DNA of 64,000 bases from a virus (Duplodnaviria; Caudoviricetes), in the IMG/VR virus record IMGVR_UViG_3300037067_012889, positions 288,001 through 352,000 of that record. One strand, 5' to 3'. The translations under genes and the position numbers were made by a program. This document shows, piece after piece, positions 46,093 through 55,846 of this stretch. The notes below the pieces were generated by a model. It had not been told where the DNA came from and ran no database searches. It worked only from the letters and a program-made list of their open reading frames with translations. How positions within the stretch are numbered: the first letter of the stretch is position 1; each line of letters begins with the position of its first letter.

Positions 46093-48357
46093 TTATGGTG
46101 ACGGCGATGGTGACGGTGATGGCGATGTTGACGGTGAAAACGACGGCAATGATAGAGATGGAGACAATGAGTACGATGGCGATGCTGATGGTATAGATGG
46201 CGATGGAGATAATGATTTACTTGCTGATGGCGATAACGATAATGACGGGGATAATGATTGTGAGTGTGAAGGCGAAAGAGATGGTGACAAACTCACTGAT
46301 GGAGATATTGATGGCGAATACGACATGCTTAACGATCGCGACGGTGAAGGAGACAATATCGATGGTGACGAAGATGGAGATGGCGAGACCCCAGACGCAC
46401 CCGTAGCCCCAGGCACTCCAGACGCACCAGAAGCCCCGGTGGCCCCAGAAGCCCCGGTGGCCCCAGAACCACATGTTACTCCTGTTGCACCAGTTGCAGC
46501 AGTTATGTTTTTAGTCGCAATCGAAACAGTAAGCTTGTAACCAAGACAACAATCCAATTTAAGAGTATTAATCTCAGCGTGTGCGGAAATTGTTCCTATT
46601 GATCCGATATATCGCTGCCACATTGTACCGACTGCAGTACAAGATTGACTACTGCTGCTCGATTGCAACGACAGGGTTGATGTTTTGGTGGATTTGTCCG
46701 AAATTGTCCAGCTTATCGGACAATTCGATTCAGAGACTGCCTCACGTGGATCAAATATGAATCCAGGTATCGTGTTAGATTGTGATGAATACAAATCTCT
46801 TGATTCATCACAAATAGAATCATATTCTAGCTTCCATGAAACTATTACAACAATCGCCGATGATGTTGATAAATTAATCGTTATATTATATTCGTGCGTT
46901 TCTCCATTTATGCTACATATAGCTATTTGAGATGATGTCTCGACAATATCAGTAACATTAACATCTTCAAATTCGTAACCATCTTGCAATAAGAATGATA
47001 TTGGGCAATCACAATCACAACCATAAGCCGTTTCAATCGGTGCGAGCAGATCGCCAACAATGTTAACTGGGCATGCTCCGGTCACATCGTTCACATTAGA
47101 ACAGAAGAAAAAATCTTCTTGGCAGCACATTTGCCCCGGATCAGACTCTTCAACTATCGCCCACGGATAACTGGGATCACCAGCTATGGCACTATTAGCT
47201 TTTTGCCATGGGACCATAGCTGAGCCGACCTTCGTAAAATCCATCCATGACAATCGAGTCTCCGCCATATGTCGTTGCCGCAGGCATGTAGCAGTTGGAG
47301 TCCATTCGCTAAAAACTAAATTCGGTATTTCGGCAACTACTGGTTCTAAAACATATCTCGTAATATTCTTACAAGTATCAACTGTCATGTGTAATGCTGC
47401 ATATGAATCAGTAAGTGATATTGTGGTGGTCGAGCATATATTGTTAATTGCTAATTTCGATACACAATTTGTTTTAAATAATTCTGCTTTAAGATAATTG
47501 ATCGTGTCGGTACTATCACCCTCGCGCATCATTATGACGGCGTTATTGGCTATAAGACTTGCATCGTCGATAGAATCGGTTATAACTTCTAGAAAGCTGC
47601 TACCTTCTGGCCCGGTCGCACCTTTTCTGCCCATCTGAAGCGCTTTATAATACCAATTCGTCTTTCCCCATTGCGAGCTAGCTATCTTTCCAACTAATTG
47701 GCCATCTGAATAGTCAAAAAATGTAGCAGTTGAATCTATGATTATCTTGGATTGTAAAATCTCATATTCAGAACCAACTACCTTTATAACAACAGTCGGA
47801 GTTGTAGAATAACCAGCAAAAATTCTCAATGATATCGGCGTACCTAACGAGTCATCAACGGCTACGTCTATTGTTAGAATTGAACCAGACACAATTGCAG
47901 CATATTTTACTTCGTCCTCTCCGGCTGTTCCTGATATACCAGCAGCACCAGTTGCTCCTACTTCACCCTGGCTTCCGGGGCATTTGATTTGTGAAAGCAG
48001 CGACAATAATCTCGGTCTACTTGCTTCAATCCTAAGAGCGTTCTCGGATTCTGGCTCAAATGTTATTGTATGATTTGAAGATCTAAATAAATAGTAATAT
48101 CCAGAAGTATATGGATATATTTTTAAGAAATCAAAAGTTAAACCATCCTGGACGGCACTTGATATCGCGTTAATACGCGTTACGATAGTCGGTGAAATCA
48201 AACCATCTTTGGTTTCTGTTACGACCGGCGAATCGCCAATCATACCAATATTGGTCCAAGAATTAGTCTGCGTGTCATATTGCCAAATCGATCCATAGGT
48301 ATCGCAAACCTGCGTACCATCGGTGGCTGTTTTCGGCAGGTTTGCGATATTGGACAT
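46093..48357 (-). CDS. Large Cys-rich putative virion protein with a C-terminal Ser/Pro-rich tail
   Basis: Shares GLISPTIVTRINAISSAVQ...CCQEDFFFCSNVNDV with the adjacent paralog; (SP)n C-terminus. Confidence 0.75.
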   Translation of the reverse strand: MSNIANLPKTATDGTQVCDTYGSIWQYDTQTNSWTNIGMIGDSPVVTETKDGLISPTIVTRINAISSAVQDGLTFDFLKIYPYTSGYYYLFRSSNHTITFEPESENALRIEASRPRLLSLLSQIKCPGSQGEVGATGAAGISGTAGEDEVKYAAIVSGSILTIDVAVDDSLGTPISLRIFAGYSTTPTVVIKVVGSEYEILQSKIIIDSTATFFDYSDGQLVGKIASSQWGKTNWYYKALQMGRKGATGPEGSSFLEVITDSIDDASLIANNAVIMMREGDSTDTINYLKAELFKTNCVSKLAINNICSTTTISLTDSYAALHMTVDTCKNITRYVLEPVVAEIPNLVFSEWTPTATCLRQRHMAETRLSWMDFTKVGSAMVPWQKANSAIAGDPSYPWAIVEESDPGQMCCQEDFFFCSNVNDVTGACPVNIVGDLLAPIETAYGCDCDCPISFLLQDGYEFEDVNVTDIVETSSQIAICSINGETHEYNITINLSTSSAIVVIVSWKLEYDSICDESRDLYSSQSNTIPGFIFDPREAVSESNCPISWTISDKSTKTSTLSLQSSSSSQSCTAVGTMWQRYIGSIGTISAHAEINTLKLDCCLGYKLTVSIATKNITAATGATGVTCGSGATGASGATGASGASGVPGATGASGVSPSPSSSPSILSPSPSRSLSMSYSPSISPSVSLSPSLSPSHSQSLSPSLSLSPSASKSLSPSPSIPSASPSYSLSPSLSLPSFSPSTSPSPSPSPSP

Positions 48358-48362
48358 ATTAA

Positions 48363-48578
48363 TTAATCATCCGATGATATTGCATCAAGCAATTCGCTTG
48401 GATCATAATCAACCAGTGGTACGATCCGATCTATACCTTCTTCTTCAACTTCCGCAGCACAGCGTACACAAAAAACTGTGTCTGGGACAGCCTTTAGACG
48501 TTCCTTTGGTATTTTTCGTCCGCACTGTTCACAAACCACAGCAGTTTCAGGTTTATGATTCTCTTGTTTATTTGGCAT
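48363..48578 (-). CDS. TraR/DksA C4-type zinc-finger protein
   Basis: CEQCGRKIPKERLKAVPDTVFCVRCA; GAGGAGG SD. Confidence 0.85.
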   Translation of the reverse strand: MPNKQENHKPETAVVCEQCGRKIPKERLKAVPDTVFCVRCAAEVEEEGIDRIVPLVDYDPSELLDAISSDD

Positions 48579-48622
48579 ACTACCTCCTCAGTGTTAATCT
48601 ATCACTTAAGAAAATATAATAC

Positions 48623-49264
48623 ATGGATACCATCAGGTTTGAATGTAAATTATCGAGAGTTTTGTCATTAAATGAATCGATGACGCCCGGTAATATTATT
48701 CAAGCAATAAACAACCAGCGCCAATCGCAACATCTAGATCCATTATCCCCAAATAGTAGTATTAGTATAGCTGCTGAAATTCAGGCTATACAAATGGCTT
48801 CAACTGGCCAATTTGGGCATGTACTAAAGAATGTTAAATATCCAAAACCAGCAGACAGAATGAGAGCATCTGGGTATGATTTTTTGAATGCCGGTGAAGT
48901 ATTGTATGCGGGCACAGACGATCAAGATATGGCTGTACGAGATTGGCTCAATTCAAAACCGCATCGTGAAGCAATACTCCATCCGGATGTTAAAGAAATC
49001 GGGGCAGCTATCAAGCACGATAAAAATGGTCGTGCTTATGCCTGTGCTGTAGTGTGCGTTCCAAACAACAAAAGAAAACAACGGACGAAACAGAAAACAA
49101 AAAATGTTGCTTCTGAAATTGGTAATAGAATTATAGATGCTGTCGAAGAATATGGAAAAACAGCTGGTAAGAAACTACTGATTAAAATTGCACAATCTGA
49201 CCAATATAAGAATATTCTTCAATCACCTATTATCAAAAAGATAATAAAAGCACTACAAGACTAA
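48623..49264 (+). CDS. CAP (SCP) domain protein
   Basis: INNQR, FGH, GEVLYAG, WLNSKPHREAIL, EIGAA. Confidence 0.8.
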   Translation: MDTIRFECKLSRVLSLNESMTPGNIIQAINNQRQSQHLDPLSPNSSISIAAEIQAIQMASTGQFGHVLKNVKYPKPADRMRASGYDFLNAGEVLYAGTDDQDMAVRDWLNSKPHREAILHPDVKEIGAAIKHDKNGRAYACAVVCVPNNKRKQRTKQKTKNVASEIGNRIIDAVEEYGKTAGKKLLIKIAQSDQYKNILQSPIIKKIIKALQD

Positions 49265-50106
49265 TTCTTTTTAAATGGTAGTTTGTCGCAAACAAATCCT
49301 GCGGCACCCTTATGACCGCCACCACCATATTGTTTCGCTATCAATGACACATCAACCGTTTCAGAATATAAACTAACAGTATATTCTTTACCATCATGTA
49401 TATATGCTATACATATTGGATATTTGTCTACTCTTTCTCCAAATCCCTGAGATCCAAAACGATATATGTTCGCTGCGTAAGCTTTTTGACCACCTATCGT
49501 CGTTTCATAGCCGAAAGCATTGCAGATATCATCACAATAATTGGTGCGATATTTAACAGCTATTTTACCTTCTTCAACAATCTTCTGCCAGAGGGTCTCC
49601 TCATCAAATAATAAATCCCAAATTCCCTTCTTAGGCGATTGATCCCAAAGCTTTAAGCCTTCATAGAATGGTAGACATTCATTTTCATGTTGCATCCTCC
49701 AAGAATCATAATCACCAAGAAGATTTAACCAGTATGGTTTGGCATCGCGTGGAAAGAAGAATTTATATGTCAATTCAGCACCGCACAGCCCTTTCTCATT
49801 GAAATCGCGTTCACCAGGAACGTTATATCTATAAGCCTTTGCTGTGTTGTGATGATCGCACCAAATCACTCCCATCTCTGTCTTGGCTTGTATCGCCGCC
49901 ATGTCATCTGGTTTAAATGAAAAATCGACAATAACCACAGTGTCATTTGGTTTGATTTTTTCAATCGGCACTCTGTTCTTATAATCCATCTCGACCATAT
50001 GGATACCAGCACGCTCTTGGGAAGGACGTGGCATAGTAAAGAACCAACGCTTCACAATAGCCGCAGCACATCTGCCATCGGCATCGCAATGATGGAAAAC
50101 AATCAT
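49261..50106 (-). CDS. DHH/DHHA1 phosphoesterase (NrnB-like oligoribonuclease)
   Basis: HHCDADG, IVDFS, WCDHH, GDYDSW, SLYS, YGGGGHKGAAGF. Confidence 0.9.
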   Translation of the reverse strand: MIVFHHCDADGRCAAAIVKRWFFTMPRPSQERAGIHMVEMDYKNRVPIEKIKPNDTVVIVDFSFKPDDMAAIQAKTEMGVIWCDHHNTAKAYRYNVPGERDFNEKGLCGAELTYKFFFPRDAKPYWLNLLGDYDSWRMQHENECLPFYEGLKLWDQSPKKGIWDLLFDEETLWQKIVEEGKIAVKYRTNYCDDICNAFGYETTIGGQKAYAANIYRFGSQGFGERVDKYPICIAYIHDGKEYTVSLYSETVDVSLIAKQYGGGGHKGAAGFVCDKLPFKKN

Positions 50107-50126
50107 TATTTATCCTTCGTACTACA

Positions 50127-50501
50127 TCAATATGACGACGCACATTCTCCGACTTCAATGAATTTAGCCATCTCTTCCGGTATTGCGTGCTTATTGCAAA
50201 ATCTTCGATGGTTAAAAACACCAGGCTCATTTTTGGTTGAACCGACCATTGTTGCCTGCTCATTACAGCCGTCAGCTTCACATTTGTCCTTCGGCCATTC
50301 TTGTATTATGTCATCAAACACGATGCCCTGAATCAAATAAGATCGCCAATGTTCCTCGGCCTCTTCACGTGTCAGATGGCCTGGGCAATCGTCGGCACAG
50401 AGCCCAACGGGCCATATACGATTATCATTGCGACAAGTATAATGAAATAGGCCAGAAGGCTTGCCATCTCTTATAATCTCTCTTGCGCCGTAATAATTCA
50501 T
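50127..50501 (-). CDS. Cys/His-rich hypothetical protein
   Basis: 124-aa ORF; CADDCPGH, CEADGC, FCNKH. Confidence 0.65.
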   Translation of the reverse strand: MNYYGAREIIRDGKPSGLFHYTCRNDNRIWPVGLCADDCPGHLTREEAEEHWRSYLIQGIVFDDIIQEWPKDKCEADGCNEQATMVGSTKNEPGVFNHRRFCNKHAIPEEMAKFIEVGECASSY

Positions 50502-50510
50502 TTTTGGTAC

Positions 50511-52256
50511 CTAGAATGGAATGTCATCATCTATAGGTTTGGATCGGATTTCTTGGATTTCCGATTTGAACTTCTCGCCATATTCGACAGCGTCTTTGAA
50601 CCATGACGGAATCATCGAAGCTGCTTCTCTCATAAACCGTTCAAAAACTTCATCAAGAACATAAGTATGAGCCCAGTCTGTCTCACTACGGATGCTTCTA
50701 CCACTTGATTGAATGAGCTTAAGAGCAGTCAACCATGTATAGTATCGGCGATCCAGTTCTAACCTTCGTGCCAATTGTTTATTATCAATAAAGTTTGGCC
50801 ATGGCACCTTACAAATTAACTGAATCCTGCTTAAATCACCATATAGATCCAGGCCCTCGTGTAAAGCTGGTGCGACAATAATTGTATTATCGCTATCTGC
50901 ATGCTTCCTCAGCATGTCTTCTTTTGTAGCGAAATGTTTCTGATACAAAAATCGTTCCCTGTGATGAGATTTTGCCATCAATAGATCAGCAATAGCGAAA
51001 TTATGTGTATGGATAATTCCACGATCGGCTTCATATCTATCGAGTATGCTATCAACTTTTGCGACTAACTTTGGTGCCCATTCGTGCATCTTTGTTGGAC
51101 CACCAACTATTTTAGCGGCAATATCTTTAATTATCGGGCGATGTTCAACTGGAAAACGATTCTTCATACGATATGCCGAAACCTGATTCCTCGGAATGCC
51201 CAAAGAGGAACAGAATATATCAACTTCTAAAACTGTAGCACTCATCAAAAGCACATTTTTACCATTATTGAACAATAGCTGATGTGATTTTGAATGAACA
51301 TATACCGGTTTAAGAGTGACAACACGATAGCCTTCGTTAGCTTTATATTCAGCAACCCATTCTTCTTCTGCCTCAATGGCACTATAAAATGCGTTTAGCT
51401 TGCGTGCTATGCCTTCATATTCATCAGCTATCTCTACATCACCATTCTCTTCAGCGCTCTCCGCTATGGCTTGCACTTTAGCTAAAATATCGTTTTCCTT
51501 AAATGATACATAATACTCTTGCGGTAATTCATATGGTTCTAATTTATAACCAACTTTCTGCAATCGTTTGTCGTCGATTGTGACCGAAATAAAATCCAAT
51601 AACTGCGGTTCCGCTTGATGGCATTCATCGACAATCATAAGATCACGTGGCCAGAATCTATCCCCGGTAGTTTTCTGATACAGAAAACTACTATAATTCA
51701 TGATGACCATTCTAGCAGCCATCGCTTGTCCTACTTGGTGATAGTAAGGACACGTACTATGCAAATAATTTTCTATTAACCGACTTACACGATCTTCTTT
51801 ATCAGATTGGTATGGAAAGCACATCGTGCATTTACGAGCTTTATCTTTCCTGCGGCAATAGCCATTATCACATGTCGGAGGAGCGATCAAAAATTTGTTT
51901 AAGTCTTTTTGAAACATTCCTTTTCTTGCAACCGCAGAAGCTCCAAACTTTTCATAAAAAGCACATTTATATGCAGATCGACCCTTAAGATCGACAGTCT
52001 CACCACTTGCAAAATCTTTCATCAACTGCGATTGTAAGACTTTCTGAACAGTAAGATAATAACTGTTTTGAAAGAATTTAGCGACTGCCATACCTATGAC
52101 AGATTTACCAGTCCCGGTTGGACCTTCAAGAACGAAATATTTCTTACCTTTATTGATGAAGGCGTCAAGGATTGCCCTAATACAAGCAATCTGCCCATCG
52201 CGTGGCGTATCGAATGGGAAGTTCGCCAGTATTTCTTCGTCTGTCCAAGACAACAT
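50511..52256 (-). CDS. DinG/Rad3-family SF2 helicase
   Basis: PRDGQ, EGPTGTGKS, LKGRSAYKC, CPYY, VDECH, MSAT, EGLDL, KVPWP, QSSGRSIRSETD. Confidence 0.9.
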   Translation of the reverse strand: MLSWTDEEILANFPFDTPRDGQIACIRAILDAFINKGKKYFVLEGPTGTGKSVIGMAVAKFFQNSYYLTVQKVLQSQLMKDFASGETVDLKGRSAYKCAFYEKFGASAVARKGMFQKDLNKFLIAPPTCDNGYCRRKDKARKCTMCFPYQSDKEDRVSRLIENYLHSTCPYYHQVGQAMAARMVIMNYSSFLYQKTTGDRFWPRDLMIVDECHQAEPQLLDFISVTIDDKRLQKVGYKLEPYELPQEYYVSFKENDILAKVQAIAESAEENGDVEIADEYEGIARKLNAFYSAIEAEEEWVAEYKANEGYRVVTLKPVYVHSKSHQLLFNNGKNVLLMSATVLEVDIFCSSLGIPRNQVSAYRMKNRFPVEHRPIIKDIAAKIVGGPTKMHEWAPKLVAKVDSILDRYEADRGIIHTHNFAIADLLMAKSHHRERFLYQKHFATKEDMLRKHADSDNTIIVAPALHEGLDLYGDLSRIQLICKVPWPNFIDNKQLARRLELDRRYYTWLTALKLIQSSGRSIRSETDWAHTYVLDEVFERFMREAASMIPSWFKDAVEYGEKFKSEIQEIRSKPIDDDIPF

Positions 52257-52308
52257 ATAAAAGCTCCATTATGACGTGTTGGTATATGAGAATAAAATAC
52301 TATCAGAA

Positions 52309-52560
52309 TTATATATTCGTAGTGTCTACTTCTACAGCTTTATTCCACTTTATCCACAAGTCTTTAATTGATTCTAAGTATTTCAACGGCAGTTCAATGG
52401 TAGCCTTTTGCTCAAATTCAGAAAAATTACGAAATTTAATCAACTTATTGACATCTACATCATGGAACGAATGAATCCATTCACAAAATTTCAACCAAGC
52501 GGGTCTATCGGTATTTTGGTCAGTATTATTGAGAATACGATCTAGTTTTTCGCTGAGCAT
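52309..52560 (-). CDS. Hypothetical protein
   Basis: GAGG SD; 83 aa. Confidence 0.55.
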   Translation of the reverse strand: MLSEKLDRILNNTDQNTDRPAWLKFCEWIHSFHDVDVNKLIKFRNFSEFEQKATIELPLKYLESIKDLWIKWNKAVEVDTTNI

Positions 52561-52596
52561 GATTACCTCGTTTCATAGTTACTAAAGAAATTTGAC

Positions 52597-53697
52597 ATGA
52601 CAAAAATAGCAATCATTGCAGATGTCCATCTCGGATATGCTGGTCGTACTAACGACATCTTATGGGCTTTAAGGGCCGTTAGAAATTATTGCCAAGAGCA
52701 TGATGTTGATACAGTCATCACTCTTGGCGATCTGTTTCACGACAGACAACATCTGTCAATAGAAATACTTTGCGGAGCTTATGATTTTTTCAGAGATGCG
52801 AAATATGAATATAACCAGCAGTGGATTGCATTTCCTGGAAATCATGATATGTTCTTAAAGCATAGTTGGAATATAAACAGCATAAGACCACTCGGGGAGC
52901 TAATGACGATCGTCGATACTGTCAAGGTGCTAGAAATCGATGATAGGCGATATTGGGTGCTACCATTTGTCTACTCAGAATCAGCTTATATGCGAATTCT
53001 TGAACGAATAGAAAAACAAGCAAGCAAAGAAGATATATTACTAACTCATGTCGGCGTCAATAATGCTATCCAAAATATATGCTTCCTTCTGCAAAACTGG
53101 TCGATAGTAACATTCATTCAAAGCAAATTCGATCGCATATATGCTGGGCATTTTCATTTATGTCAGCAAGTATCAACAAATTTATGGTATCCTGGTGATC
53201 TTATCCCGCTTAAATATGACGAGGGCGATTGTGACCACGGATTCTTCGTTTTCGACCAAGATAAGAATGAACACATATTTGTCAATGTGCTCGCAGAAGG
53301 ATGTAAACTAGAGCCAGATGCGCGTCCGCCACAGTTTCATACGTTTTCAGAAGACGATCTCGATAAGAAAACAGAGGCTGATGTATGTGGTGATATGGTC
53401 AGAATCACAACAACCAGAGATTACACCCCAAACGAATGCCAGGACATACGTGAACGGTTTGCGGCGATGGGGGCCAAAAAAGTCACTTTTATCAATTTAA
53501 CCGATGAAAAAATACCAAATGCTAAACTCGTCGAATTTGAACCAATAAAAATAGAAGACTTATTTACAAAATGGTTCGATCAAGATATTCGAAATGCGAA
53601 AGATCTCAGACGCAATCTAGCTATTCGGCTGAATAAGGAAATCGTAGAAGAAGGAAACGAGATATATATTAAAAAAGCAGATCCAGAAGCAATATGA
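52597..53697 (+). CDS. Mre11/SbcD-like metallophosphoesterase (T4 gp47-like recombination nuclease)
   Basis: ADVHLG, LGDLFHDR, PGNHD, LLTH, AGHFH, YPG. Confidence 0.9.
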   Translation: MTKIAIIADVHLGYAGRTNDILWALRAVRNYCQEHDVDTVITLGDLFHDRQHLSIEILCGAYDFFRDAKYEYNQQWIAFPGNHDMFLKHSWNINSIRPLGELMTIVDTVKVLEIDDRRYWVLPFVYSESAYMRILERIEKQASKEDILLTHVGVNNAIQNICFLLQNWSIVTFIQSKFDRIYAGHFHLCQQVSTNLWYPGDLIPLKYDEGDCDHGFFVFDQDKNEHIFVNVLAEGCKLEPDARPPQFHTFSEDDLDKKTEADVCGDMVRITTTRDYTPNECQDIRERFAAMGAKKVTFINLTDEKIPNAKLVEFEPIKIEDLFTKWFDQDIRNAKDLRRNLAIRLNKEIVEEGNEIYIKKADPEAI

Positions 53698-54087
53698 TTA
53701 TTGTTTTATTGCTTTACTGCTCATCTCGTCTATGATTTCAGCAATCTCTTCACTAGAATAGCAAAACTCATGCAAGCAAGCAGCTTTAGTCTTTGCCATA
53801 TGTTGTTCATTAAGGCGTTCAACTTGACCTAATGAAACATTGACATTGTGCCCATGACAACATCTTAAAGTATGCGTGTGACCAAAGAGCTTACATAGAT
53901 ATGGCCTGAATTGATAAATAGCACAGCCCTTATCTTTTGTCAGGAATGGGCAATCGGCACCTTGCCTCACCGGCATTATGTTATTCTTTTCTATGTGCTT
54001 TTCGATTGCGTAAAACTCTTCACTAGAGCACACTACAATGCCACAGCATTCTCCACACTGTTCACACTTCATCTTCGGGAATTTCAT
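53698..54087 (-). CDS. YkgJ-family CxxCxxCC Fe-S/Zn protein
   Basis: CEQCGECC...CPFL...CAIYQFRPYLCKLFG. Confidence 0.85.
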   Translation of the reverse strand: MKFPKMKCEQCGECCGIVVCSSEEFYAIEKHIEKNNIMPVRQGADCPFLTKDKGCAIYQFRPYLCKLFGHTHTLRCCHGHNVNVSLGQVERLNEQHMAKTKAACLHEFCYSSEEIAEIIDEMSSKAIKQ

Positions 54088-54103
54088 CAGTTAGCAAATC
54101 CTG

Positions 54104-55816
54104 TCAACTATTTTGCGGCCAAACAAGATCCATTTTGGAAAAAACTAGCACATTTTGAGAGAACCATCCCATAAATTTTCCACTATGAAGATAATTCAAA
54201 CACTTATTCATTAACGCTTCATCAAATATTAGACCAGCTCCTTCGAATTTTGTTCTCCAATATGATTTCGGACGGCAATTTACGTGTCCTGTGCCTCCCT
54301 GGCCCGGCAATGCAGCAGTCCAAATCAAAATACCACCAGGATTAATCGCCTTACAGACGCTCCTGACAATCATATCAGAATATTGCGGATCGATATGCTC
54401 TGCAACCTCTAAACATAACACTAAATCGGACGTCCATGTAGGCTCACGATCGTCTTGGGCATATTCTAGTATGTCAGCCTTAAACAAATAAGGATCGTGC
54501 AATATACGATCATCAATGTCGATTCCGTTAGCATTAATGCCGACATCGCGTAGCGAGTGCACATAGATTCCGGGGCCACATCCAATATCGATGATTGTAG
54601 ATGGGTTAATCTCATCTTTGATCCATGTAGCTAATCTGTCCGCAAAGGGCTTTTCTTCTTCGGCGATTGCATCATAATCGATTTTCTCTTCAACAATTGG
54701 ATAATATTTCTTGTTGAAAAGTAAATCTGTTCTACTAGGTTTTGGTTCATACCAACCTTGTTTGCCATGGACATCGAGTATAGAATCAAAAAACTCCTCA
54801 TACATCCCGGCAACTCGCTCCATCGAAAAGTTGTTGAGTGCCCAGAAACGGCAATTTTCTGGCTTTATTCTGCCAATATTCTTAGCTGCCCAGACAAACT
54901 GCTCGAATGTTCGACAGCGATAACCAGTAATACCGTGCAAATTGTTTTCTGTAAACGCTCCCCAATCTGTGGTGATCGTCGGAGTTCCAGAAAATAAACA
55001 TTCAACTTGGACACCACCAAACGGTTCATTGTAAGTACTAGCAATGAAAGCGCCCTTGGCACGGGACATCAATCTCTTGCGTGTTTCAATGTCAGCATAT
55101 CCAACAAACTCAATATGCTTTTCTGCTGATAGATCATAGTCGTCATTCTGCCCGGCAACAATAAGCTTGGCTCCGATGGCTTTGGTAACTTGCGTGGCAA
55201 TATGAATTCCTTTTCCGACATAAACACGACCAAGAAAAAGAAAATAATTATCCTTCTCAGCTGAATATGTGAACTCATCTGGATCAAAATAATTCGGTAT
55301 CACACAATCATACCAACTCTGCACGCATTGTCCAACAGAATTCAAACCATAGAATGCATTATATATTGCATATGATTCGAAAATTTTGTATTTCGCCCAA
55401 TGACCGCCAGCATAACCTATACCGGGCTCAACACATATCATGTCTGGATGTGCATCGCAGATAGCACGGTGGCCTGCACCCCAGAACGGTAAAATAAAAT
55501 CGTTCTTCTGCTTTCTCTTACCAATCTCTTCTATTGCATTCCTGTTAAATGTAGTATAGGCATGATCACCTGTATCGAATTTAAAGAAATGTTTGCGCCA
55601 ATCGTGATCACCATATGCCTTCTTCCAGTCTTCATTAGTCAAGACGGGCACATGCTCCGAACATTGTAAATCTGAATCCTCGTGGCCATAATGAATGACC
55701 GTATGACCACGATCAGTCATCATCTTCGCAAATTTGACGACTTTTTGCGTATACGCACAAGCCACATATTCTTTTGATGAGACAGTATGTTGGAGACCAA
55801 GAATATGAAAACGCAT
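54104..55816 (-). CDS. GT4 glycosyltransferase fused to a class I SAM methyltransferase
   Basis: [18 protein letters not shown]; [26 protein letters not shown]. Confidence 0.88.
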   Translation of the reverse strand: MRFHILGLQHTVSSKEYVACAYTQKVVKFAKMMTDRGHTVIHYGHEDSDLQCSEHVPVLTNEDWKKAYGDHDWRKHFFKFDTGDHAYTTFNRNAIEEIGKRKQKNDFILPFWGAGHRAICDAHPDMICVEPGIGYAGGHWAKYKIFESYAIYNAFYGLNSVGQCVQSWYDCVIPNYFDPDEFTYSAEKDNYFLFLGRVYVGKGIHIATQVTKAIGAKLIVAGQNDDYDLSAEKHIEFVGYADIETRKRLMSRAKGAFIASTYNEPFGGVQVECLFSGTPTITTDWGAFTENNLHGITGYRCRTFEQFVWAAKNIGRIKPENCRFWALNNFSMERVAGMYEEFFDSILDVHGKQGWYEPKPSRTDLLFNKKYYPIVEEKIDYDAIAEEEKPFADRLATWIKDEINPSTIIDIGCGPGIYVHSLRDVGINANGIDIDDRILHDPYLFKADILEYAQDDREPTWTSDLVLCLEVAEHIDPQYSDMIVRSVCKAINPGGILIWTAALPGQGGTGHVNCRPKSYWRTKFEGAGLIFDEALMNKCLNYLHSGKFMGWFSQNVLVFSKMDLVWPQNS

Positions 55817-55846
55817 TACACTACTCCCTATGATATTATTTAAATA

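Noticed and set aside
46061-46540. + strand Asp/Gly-rich ORF (DGDGDG)
   Set aside because: It is antisense to the Ser/Pro tail of 46093..48357, which is continuous with a long ORF in a - strand operon.
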